Assembly (NCBI RefSeq): GCF_964204645.1
Contig: NC_134026.1
Coordinates: 5,417,950 to 5,481,949 of the forward strand
From: Tubulanus polymorphus
Taxonomy: Eukaryota; Animalia; Nemertea
Length of the DNA: 64,000 nt
Direction of reading: 5' to 3'
Part shown: positions 13,701 to 25,700 of the stretch, in pieces
Layout of the letters: every line of letters begins with the position of its first letter
Position numbering within the stretch: the first letter of the stretch is position 1
Translations under genes and position numbers: made by a program
The notes under the pieces: generated by a model
Told to the model about the DNA's origin: nothing
The model's input: only the letters and a program-made list of their open reading frames with translations
The model's database searches: none

Positions 13701-16700
13701 CGCAGTCATCATGATAATTGTATAATATTTGCGTATTCTTTTCGCTACTTCGCGGTGATGGTAGATATCACACGACCGAAGCCTTTTCTGCTCTCATCCA
13801 AGCATGATAAAAGACTATGACGGAAATTGGGTTAACGGGAATAAAGAACATAAGAGTTTACGTATGTGCCGTCTCTCGGCTTCTTTTCGCACATGGAAAT
13901 ATCTCGTACTTTGTTCCGTATAATCCTATCAACGACGAGACGGTCATTTTGATAATCTGATTTTCTCGATCTAGTGTGGAGGTGAACTTGGCGGGTCGGG
14001 TGTTTGGTGGTGCGAGTGGTTTGGTGGTGATATTGTACGGGTGCTTGTTTGAGTTTGGTAGTTTAGATTCTTGGAGGAAGGAATTACTATGATTTCTATG
14101 ACCACCCAATTGTACCTGATTAACGATGATGTGATCGAGAGACTGAACATCTCGTTCTGGCAGGGATTCGAACCTGATGGCATCGCTAGACTCAGCCATT
14201 TGCGGCACCAATCAGATTGCCTGTTGTGTAATTGCTGACACAAATTTCACAGATAAACTTTAAGTGGAAAAACCTGGGCTAAAAAAACAGGATTTCCGAT
14301 TGGCTAATAATGACATCATCTAAGCTGCGCATGAAGCTGCGCACTCGGGCTAGTAGGTGGCAGGATTTCGTACCGTGGCGAGTCTCGAAGCCGACAGGTT
14401 CAAATCCCTGCTGGGGGACGATGCGTTATGCGTTTACCGGAATCATTGAATGACTAAAAAATTATGAAATCACGAATAGCCAATTTGTAGCCGCTATACC
14501 TCTCTTCATAAATGGTCCTTATTGTTCTCTAAGCTTCGCTTAAAGATCACTAAAAAGAAAGCAATAAATCTAGCTATATGTGATGGAACCTTGCTGGCGA
14601 GTTGATTTATTTATTTCTACTGATTGATGTTGACCTACAGCTCAGGCGAACTAATGCAATCATTTTGCGTTATTCTGTCGCTGGTTTTCTTGCCGTTGTC
14701 CGCTCGGAAGGTCTACGGTCTCTCTTCGTGATGAACTAATTGAGAATTCAGCGCTACCGGCTACCGACGTGTCAATCTACCATACATTACTGATTATCCG
14801 CTCAGTCTATTAGCTCGCGCTGTACGTCTCGTTCCCTTTCTCTCTTTTTCAACGCTCGGTCATTTCATTACGGGCGTCTCTACCTTCAAATCTTATAGAT
14901 TGATTATCGCTCTCTTACGAAAAAAAAAATACGTCGATAATAAAATGCGGTCTTTTGCTTAGTATTTTTATCGACGTAATCAGGTTTCAGACCTAGCATG
15001 CGGTACCGGCATTACCCGCGGGAACGTAATATGGGTAGAATGATCAGGGTTTTTTCTCATTAAATTGGATTGAATACTTCGGTGATGGCATTGGCTACTT
15101 TACTCGGAAAAAGGAGGGTATTCAATAATATGCTTAGCTTGGTACGAACACCACGTATAAACGTATTCAACCGTGAACGTGTACTTTAAATCAAACTTCT
15201 AAATACTCTTAGAAATAAGTCCTCGCCTTCAGCAGTAAAGTAGTCTTGTTTTCAGTTAAGAAGATTGATTGAAGATGTCGGTTATGTGTTTTTTTTTAGT
15301 TATTAAGATGATTATGTCATCGTGTTCAATTTTCAGTTATGCGTGCAGAAATTGCGAATTCTGATCGAGGATTCCGATCAAAATCGTAAGTAAAATTTCG
15401 ATATTTTACTCGCTTTTTGTACAACTCAAGTTCAATTAGATTGTAATCTAGGCTTCTAGAAAACTTACCACTAAATTTTTTGCAGCATGTATGTTTTAGC
15501 TTAAACCCTTTCAGTGCGTCTAGACCTTTCGGTGCGGTGTATAAATCAATGGTGGACTTTGCTAGTACACTGCGGTGTATTGGTGCATTAAGAAATTAAT
15601 TTTTATCTCTAATGAAAGATGACAGCACCTGCCAAACCAGTTGAATATTAGTTATTAATGATACACCGCACCACGATGTAGACACATTATAGCTTTATGC
15701 CTGTTATGACACACCATGGACGTATAAACTAGAGTCTAGTTTATACGTCCATGGACACACTAAGGTCTGAATTTTTGAAAACTTTCAAATTATCTCCTGC
15801 ACTTAAAGAGTATTAATTAGTCAGCACTGAAAGGTGTACTTTGTTATATATGTCACTGGTTTACTCTACTGGTTGTATATCTCTGGAGCTTCAGGATAGA
15901 TGAAATTGACATGGCTTGAAATTAGCCAGGGTTGGCCAGATTAGCCATTGCATCATGTTCAATGATGCTGATATTTTTATACCAATATATACCACACGCA
16001 AATTGTTTCGGAAAGAGCTTATATCCTTCGGCTAAGATTCTAGTACATCATTAAGCCAGAATTTCAGACGAAGCACGGGATTGTTAACTTCTGCACTTGA
16101 TATGCGGCTAATCTCCCCATCATCAATTTTGTTAAGCAAAAAAAGCTTATCAAATTAAACTTTATTCATTAGCCCATGCATCTTGGTTAGTTAGATAAAC
16201 CCAACTTAATACCCTTGAAAACTTGATATTTTAAGAATTTACAAAAACTGAGCGCGTGAAATTTATACCCCTTCCTGCAAAATCTCTGGGGATAAGACGT
16301 CTGATTACTGATGACAAATTATGTTGTTCTAAAGTTGTCAGGTTTTTTTATGTAAATTCAAATCAGCGTATCCCGTAAATGCCACGAGCTTCCGACAGAG
16401 ATAATATGCCGTAAAATTAGCTAAGGAGCCGTAACAGTTCGGTTTCTATAGATACAAGCCGACTTTCAAATTCAGAAGATTTTATCCATCAAGTGCATCG
16501 GATATGCGTAATTCTATATCCAAGAAAGTGATAGATGGGAAAAGTTAGGTGAAAAATTTGCACAAAAAATGTAATGCTTTTCTGAGCGGACTTCTCAGAG
16601 TATCTTGTTTATCTTGTTCATCGACAAAGCCCTGTTTAATGGTGAAGTCAAGCAAAGAATCTGAGTATCAATTTTGCACCTTTGCATATACTGCCAAAAT

Positions 16701-19700
16701 TATTATTAAAATAATGTTATATATAAGTTATGTATATATATATGTTTGAAATTATATATTTGAGAAATTCACAAAATTTGGGTTAAGTTTCGTGATAGTG
16801 ATTTTTTCCTAATTTGCCATTAGAAACGCTGTTTCCTATTGCAGTGAAGTATCTCGGCTTATTGGCCATGTCTAAGATTCTGAAGACCCATCCGAAGAGT
16901 GTCCAGTCGCACAAGGATCTCATTCTGCAGTGTCTCGACGATAAAGATGAGTCAATAAGACTGAGAGCGTTAGATCTCCTTTATGGAATGGTAAGTCAAT
17001 AATCACGCACTGATCTTAACATCAATAACCTCAATACTGAAAATACATAATACGTGTATGCGCGATAAAGGAATTGATTAACAGCAACAGTAAATAGGGA
17101 AAATAACGTGAATACTGAAAATACTAGATGAGAAGAATTCAATTACCGGGGTATGATAGGTGCAGTACAGTTATACGGTCACATTTGAAGCAACCACTAT
17201 ATACATTGAACATCTTAACATTGTATTGAAATTTCCAAGGTGTATAACTATCTTCATATGAAAAACAGGGTGGCCACTTGACTGGAAATCAGGGAAAAGT
17301 CAGGGAATTTTCTTTAAAAAAGTTGAGGAATTTTACCAAAAAAAAGCTTAAGGTCAGGGAAATTTGTCAAGATTTCTAGAACGCGCGTAAAATCAAACAG
17401 TTCCCGTCTATGTCTTAAGTATTTGATTGTGGTAATTGATTCGATTCTTAGCAGATCAAGTCGCGAAAGCAACGTGCATGTCAGGGAATAGTCAGGGAAA
17501 AAAGTCGAATAAAAGTGGCCACCCTGAAGATCTTGTCCCAGTTCGCTCATATCACTCTATTACAATAAGCTCTATCACTCTGTGGTTACACATGGAAATT
17601 TGATGTAGCTTGAAAAATGAAACATGATGTTCGGATTATGCAGCCAGACAATATAATGTATCTTTACGGAAGTCAAAAGAAAATATTTCATCATCATCGT
17701 TCATACATTGTAGGTATCGAAGAAAAACCTTATGGAGATCGTGAAGAAATTGATGGTTCATATGGACAAGGCAGAAGGCTCAGTGTATAGGGATGAATTG
17801 TTATGTAAAATAATTGAAATCTGTTGCCAGTCGAACTATCAGTACATCACTAACTTCGAATGGTACGTAAGTTTATGACAACTGTGCGATAAAAGTACTG
17901 TCACTTATTGACGAGCCGAAATTATTTTGCCTGATTAGGGAAGCTTTTGATCGAGGTTGAGTTGATTGTAAGTTTAAAGCCCAACACACACAGCAAAACA
18001 TTTGTTTCCCGGAAACAGAAACACGTTTTTCAGAAAATGTTTTTTGCTCATGAAAAACGTTTTTCAGTTTGGCGTTTTTTGTTTCGCCTCCCCCGCACAC
18101 GGCATAACAAAAAACATCTTTTTTTCATAAGGAAAAAACGTTTTTTCGGTGCCGTGTGCGTTGGGCTTCAGAGAAGGTGAGCTGACCTGACAAACGGTGG
18201 CCAGTTGCTCAAAAGTTGGTTAAAGATAACCGGCGGAAAAATAACATAGTAATAATGAACTTTTAACTGTCGCTATGTCAACTATCTACTGGTTACCTCT
18301 TACCAACTTTTGAAAAACTGGCCCCAGAGCTAGAAGTTGAAAGTGATGATAAAAAAAAGAATTCAGTAGAAACTGACCAAAGGACCAGAAAAATATTTTG
18401 CCGACCCTAATATCTTCACTAGTTTCTTGCCCGAATGATTAACATTAGTTACCCTTAATCACCTTGAACTGTTACCACTAAGCAATACACTATCTTAAGA
18501 TATGAGACTTAACTCTTTATTCCAGACCATAACTGCTGACAAGGCCAATTATTAACTTAGCAGTCCTGAATTAACTAGAACCGGTACCTCGATATGACAC
18601 GTGGCCAATTCACAGGCCCAACCAGAAAGATACCGGCGAGCTAGACTTGAGTGGATTAGCCGAGCTGTGCGTTTGAGTTAATGAACTCGGCTAATCTAAC
18701 AATGAGTGGCTCGAGTTCGGTTGACACAACACTCAATAACTCAGTACTGTCTACTTGCAATTGGTTTGTAATTACCTGTCTGTTCGGCTTCGTCAACACC
18801 GTGTCGGTCGTCGGACGCCGATAGGGTATACACGACGTCGTTCGTCTGGCTGTATAGATAAAGTTACACAGATTCATTTAAGAAACTTTTTTTCCACTTA
18901 CAGACAAAAACCTTAGAAATGACTTACGCTAATTGCTTCGTCTCCACTTAATACGAGCTCACGCGCCCGCCCGACGTTATTCAACCTTCTGTTTTCGAAA
19001 ATTGCTGTATTTTTTTCCCCAGTCGCCTAGCAACCGATCGCTCGCGTAGTTATCGATGATAGCTCAATTAGAAAAGAAAAATAGAAAATTCAGCCTCGAT
19101 TAGATTTAGGTGCTCGCGAAAACCTTTTTTCCGTAGTCAAATTATTCGGGTACGATCAGTTATTAAATTTTTCACTTAAGGCTCTCGTTGGTTTTTTTTT
19201 TTCGGTGTCATTCATTTCCGGAGAATTACAGAATCCATTAGACGTTGAAATGCGATTCCCTTTTTCGAGCTTTTCGTCATCGGATCGCGCTGATCAACTA
19301 CAATGGTCTGAATAAAGATTCGTAACGCGCTATTATCGCGAGATCGTTCATCGTGCGATATCTTCCGTGGTTCGGTTAAGAAGTAACGAAAAACTGATCT
19401 CTTTTCAACTAATTACCATATCATAACCATGTCGAAAAAGTATCTCGGCTAATGCATATGTCACGGGCTGTAGAGACGCGTGTTAAGTGGTAAGACAATT
19501 TTTCGGTAATGTACATCGCGTCTCAAGTGATAGAAGTTCAAATTTTCATCGGTATTCCTCAGACCGAATCATCGACAGACGCCTCTTAACGCTTCGGCAA
19601 TTATTGTTTGACCGGTTTTTAACGATATGTCTATCGATATTATGCAAATTTATGATTGATTCATGTAATTACGACCCATAAGACGTAATGATAAATTCAG

Positions 19701-22700
19701 CGCCCATCTCGTGTGGAGATGCTCCACGGCAAATCGCATTCTATATTGGCATATTTTGGTGAATGCCCTCTTGCTTGTATGTATAATGTATGTACAATTT
19801 CCTTTGGCTGAAATTCGTGTCATACCAATAGACTGATAAAACTCCTTAACCGTTAAAATGCCCAAACCAGAATCCGGTTCCACAGTTGTGAGTTAAATTT
19901 GACTCTTAGAAGATTTGACTCTTGAGTTAAAACATTGAAAAATGAACTAATTTTAACTCTAGAGTTAACTGTAACTCACAACTGTGGAACCGGGCAGATT
20001 TGGCACAACAGTATTCAGTTAGATATATAGATTTCTATCCGTGTTGTACAACTTTTCTGCATTATAGGAACCAGTATAAGAAAATTCTTAGTTTTCGCGT
20101 ATTAGTGTTTAACTGGGTAAGAACTAGCAAGTACCTCGAACACGTCGGACAGCATTCTCTGGGCCCTCGACAAAGATTAGAAACCAAGTTGATGACGATA
20201 TCTTGATTTGATATTGTTACGCAAATGTCTCTTTTAAAGATCATATAATGATAGATATGTGTCTTATATAGCGCTAAATCCTGGGAAGCTGCTCAGAGCG
20301 CTTTACATTTTTCAGTATTATTACCCAAGCCATTTAATACTCTAACATGTATCAGTCATCTCTCTCTCCCTTGGGAGAAGTAACACCGAGTGCTAACGAG
20401 CGCTCAGGAGTCATCTATCAGGCCAGGTAGCCATTTACTCCTGGGTGGAGAGAGGCAATGAGGATAAGTGTCTTACCCAGGGACACTATGGTAATGTATC
20501 GGGTTTCGAACCAACGACCTGGCTTCCCAGAACGCTTTTACCACTCGGCCATACCGCCTCACTCATATCCTCATTTCAGTTCTAGTTTTATATGGATATT
20601 CACCTTTTTCGTCGTCAAACTTTTCACCACGTTCAGAATTAAACGAATGAACTTCATTTCGTTGGCGTTCGAATGAATCGATTGCGTGTTTATTAATTTT
20701 GCAGGTACGTCAGTATACTAGTCGAGCTCACGCGAATCGAAGGCACGAAACACGGAAAGTTAATTGCCTCACAGATGTTAGACGTGGCTATCCGAGTACA
20801 GGCTATACGTTCATTCGCCGTCGCTCAAATGGTAACAATAACATTCGATATAACTGACGAATTAGATTTATGTTTTCGATTAATTTCGTCTTAATTTGAT
20901 GAACGAACGGTGTGTATTTTCAGGCTGTTTTACTAGAAAATTCACATCTACTAGGATCGCATTCCCAGAGAAACGGAATATGCGAAGTGCTTTACGCTGC
21001 AGCGTGGATCTGCGGTGAATTCTCAGAGTAAGGAAGAGATATTCAGCCAAATTTTTATGTTTGAATAACGTATAATATATTCGATAGTTATACCTGTAAT
21101 ATGAAGTCCATAAGTATATTGAAAATCTGAGTTATGAAAAGCAGCATTCACATTATCCCTAGTTAGTCCATGGAACAGACCAATTTAGAAATGGCCGAAT
21201 GAATGCTCTACATTCACACATGTTTCTAAATCCGTTGATATTACTGGTCCAGCTAGATGCAACACTGATTGATAGGAAATTCTGTCAAAGTTTCTTTTCA
21301 CGGGCACGCTCCATTCTAAAATTTAGAACAGACCTGCATCGGTTTGATTGGTCTAAAGATAAGTCCGTTCTAAAATAGAACAGACCAATTAAAAACGACT
21401 TTTCGCTAGTGTGTCCATTTTAAATTGAACAGACTAAACTTGAAATTTCAAAACTCAGGTTATTATTCGTACTATACTTTGTAAACAATTTTCATTTTAG
21501 TTTACTGCCCGACCCACCAGCAACTCTGGATGCGATGTTGAAACCGAAAGTGACCCAATTACCCGGTCATATACAGAGTATATACGTACAGAATTTACTT
21601 AAGTTATACACGCAAATATTGATCAAAGCTGAGGAAGAGGAAAATGAAGAGATGATACAACAAGCCGGGCAGACGTTAATCGAAAAGTTACCGATGTTTG
21701 TGCAGAGTGCCGATTTAGAAGTTCAAGAAAGGGTCGGTTTTCGGCTTTAAAACACTTTCATGCGTATTGACTATAGCTGCGTAGTAACGCTTATGTTTTT
21801 GTTGTTTTGTCCTAGGCTTGCAGCGTTTTACAACTGATGAAATACATCATGAAACTGCACGAAAAAGGTGTGAAATTATCGCAGGAATTGTCTTCGTTAT
21901 TCAGCGGCGAATTGAATCCGGTTGCGCCAAAAGCTCAAAGAAAAGTTCCTGTACCAGAAGGGTAAGTTCTTTCATTAGCCGTACTTCTAATTCCTTCATT
22001 TTACTTTTTTCACTCTCTTTCCCTCTCATATCTCTCCTCGGTAACATGATAGCTCTAGCTCGCTCTCGTCTTATTACTCAGAAATCTGATCATTCTTGCA
22101 TTTTCTGAATGTTTTTTGCAGGTTAGATTTAGATGCTTGGATTAATGAGCCGCCATCTGACAGCTCGGATGACGAAATACACAGCAAGAACATCTTTGGA
22201 AATGATTTTTCTGAACACCGTCACATCACTCAAACCGAAGCGCCAGTTCCAGAACTTACTGAGGAAGAATTGGAGAGGGTATGCATCTACATGTATTTTT
22301 CTCATACGAAGCTGATTCAGTTTGAAAACTTGCATTCATGTATATTCGTTTACCAATCTACACATGGTATAACTGCATCTCGGTTTGATTTAGTATTAGC
22401 CATCACTGGCCCTTTTTGGAAATTTTTGTCAGCTTTTATCGAAACTCTTCATCTTATCATAGCTCAGTAATGACAGGAAAAATAAATACATCTTTACACA
22501 ATGTAGATCCAGTACCCTTCTGTTAATTGGCATATCGACTTATGCGGTGAAGTGATATCGGTTTCAGCAATTAATTCATGAATATCGACGTTACTTTCAG
22601 AGACGCATTCAGCGTCGAGCTCAGAATATGATGAACCCGCATTACCTCCGTTCAGATGGAAAACCAAGCAATAACGCAGATTATCATGACTTGAACAATG

Positions 22701-25700
22701 TAAACGACATTCCAGTTGCGAAACTTGACCTCAACATACCTCTATCAGTGCCAGGTTTGTAATCAACCGATAGTTTTTGGCCATTTCGGTTCTGAACTTG
22801 TTACTGAATCTTTCTGTAAATTTCTTATAGGCTTACCGTCGTCCGATGACTATCTTCAAATACACCGCCGACAACAAGAGCAGCTACGCGAAAAAAGGAT
22901 GAAACAGAAGAAAAAGAGGAAAACGAAGAGAAGTCGCAGGCGACACGGCAATGATGAGGAATCCGATGAGGATATACAACCTGCTCATCAAGTCAGTTCA
23001 GTTGTAGATGTTCCTGAGGTAGGATTTATCTTGTTTGTTCATTCTTTTGCGAAACAGCTGCTTGGTTTTGTCAGAACTGCCGGGTACTTGATGACGATTA
23101 CTGTATGATAATTTGTGCACATATTTCAGGGTGCTACTGTTTCCGATAAAGAAGATCACGGAAATCTGACTGATGATGATCCACATCGCCAATTAGATAT
23201 TAATTTAGATGAGTAAGTTGATAACTTTCCCATGTACTCTATATTATTATTTGCTGTAATTAGGCTAACGAATATGCTAACATAGTCACTCTGTTGTGAC
23301 ATTTGGGACTCCCTGCCAGGAGTTGAGATATTTCAATGAAAATGGAGTTTAATGGGCTAAATATCAATTGATTAGAATTACAGCATGTATGATAACCGGA
23401 GTTTCATATTCAGTGTATAGTGAAATAGGTTTCATTCATTCTTTAAACTTTTGACTTCGATTTTGATATATTAGGCCATTGAGGGATGACGAAATATTGC
23501 CAGTTCGTACTCACCGCCAAACACCAGCAACAGCTGAAAACGGCGACGAAGAATCCAACGTCAAACATCGTTCCCATAGGAAGAAAAGCAAGGAAAAACA
23601 CGGCGAAAAAACTAAGAAGGAAAAACACAGCGAGAAGGTATTTAATTAAACCAACTCATTCCGCCAGTATTGGCTCACTGTAAACTGGAAAATATGTGGA
23701 GAATCCCACGATGATGTCAAAAAAATTATATAATGTCCGAAAATCTTTCCTTGAGCTAGTAGTTTATTCAACGTTTCCGCTATTCTAATTGTCATCTTCA
23801 GAAATACTTGGGAGTAATCAGCATTCCTGAAGATGACTATCAAAATATAGTGGAAACGTTATCATTGTGGGATTCTCTACATATTACTATCACAACATCA
23901 TGGATAAAGTGTTTCATCAGTGGTTAAACCGTAAACTGGAGTTTACAGTTTATTGTGAGGGGCTACAGTAAAGCAATCCTTGAATGTACAAAAAAGTTAT
24001 GATTTGTTTTCATCACAAATGTCGTAGTATCAAATAAAAATTACTTTAAAATTTCTTCACTCCTCCCTTATTACATATTAGCCATCGTGTTTTAGAATTC
24101 ATATGTTTCATTTCTGTAGAAACGTTCAAGCAAGAAGAGTAAGAAAAAGAGAGACCATTCATCCGATGCGGGAGCAAATTTGCTCGGAGATTTCCCGGTC
24201 GGTGATCCGGAATCGAGCGTCAAAACACCGTCCGAGTATCAGGAACCAGAACGTGAGAACGGGAAACGAACGCCGAGTCCTGCTCTTTTCGAATCAGTTG
24301 AGCATCCCACGGCGAAAACTGTTGACCTTAGCCCGGTAGCAGATGTGATAGCGCCACCTGGTGGTGAAGAAGAAACGAAAGAAGAGGATAAAGAACAAAC
24401 GGTAATTAGCTTATTGAATAATTATCACTAGAGAAATGTTTATGAAATAAAGTAGGATACCGGTATATATCCCACATTATAAAATTTTGCACTGAATTGT
24501 TCACAGCATAAAAAGAAGAAAAAGAAGGAATCGAAAAAGGAGAAGAAAAGAAAAGAGAAACGAAAGGATAAAAGCGAATACGAGATAGCTGATGGAATAA
24601 CTACACCGTCGAAAGAGGTTCTACTTCCAACTCCTCAGACCACTCAGCTACCCGTGAGTTTCATCATAAATTCATTAACCCTTTCAGTGCTGACTTAATA
24701 ATACCCTAAAGTGCTGAAGATAATTTGAAAATTTTGAAAAATTCCAACCTAGTGTATTGAATAACGGGAATACCACTATAGTGTGTACACACCACGGCGC
24801 GGTGTATCGTTAGTAATTCCATCTTCATTTTTCAGCCGATGTCCAGTTATAAACTTCTCGGTGAAGACACTACTATAAAGATGGTATGTAAACTTGCAGG
24901 CTATTCGATGTTGTTTGGTTGTTTTGGAAAAATTGCAAGTAATATCTAATTGCATGTCAATTTTTCAGATGTCCGAAACACGCGTTAGCCCGCATAATCC
25001 GAATCAAGTTGTATTGTCGGTTATTTTCACCAATCGACTGTCGAACCAAATCAAAGACATGGAACTGAATGTATTAGACTCGCTGAACACGAAACTTGTT
25101 CGAGAGGTGAGTTAATTAGCTTGTCAGAAATGAAAAAAATTTTAATCCTTGTCCTTGTCTTTTCAGACGGAATATATGTGAATAAACATGATAAAAATTT
25201 TGTTATTTCTACTTGATCAGGTTGGCAAGACGGCTCATGACCCGGTGAAAGTACCATTTATTTTGCTTCCTGAGAGTCAGAATGAAGGCCAGTTTGCGTT
25301 CACAGTTGACCATATCAATATGATACAGAGATTAAGGGGAACATTAACATACATTGTCAAGGTATGTTGGATGAATCGTTTTTCTTATCTCGCCAGTAGT
25401 GAGGATTTTGCCTATCTATTTCAAACCTGGATCCAGGGGGTCTTGCGCGAGGGCCACAAACGTTTTGAGTTGCCCTTTTCTGATTGAACTCTTTAAGTTT
25501 TTACTACCTTATTATATGTAATCTTATAAACTTGTCTTGCATAATTTTTGGATAAAGAAAGGTATTCTACATGGAAATGTTTTAGAATGCATCTTGCCCA
25601 ACTACAAATTTCAAAGGCAATGCCTTGTTGATATGCTTCCAATATACCAATGATAGAAAATTGCCCATGAATGTGTCACAAGACCTTCATAAGAAGTCTT

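Noticed and set aside
14157-14415. Functional tRNA genes
   Set aside because: B boxes are present but no acceptor stem or anticodon arm can be formed; treated as SINE fragments.
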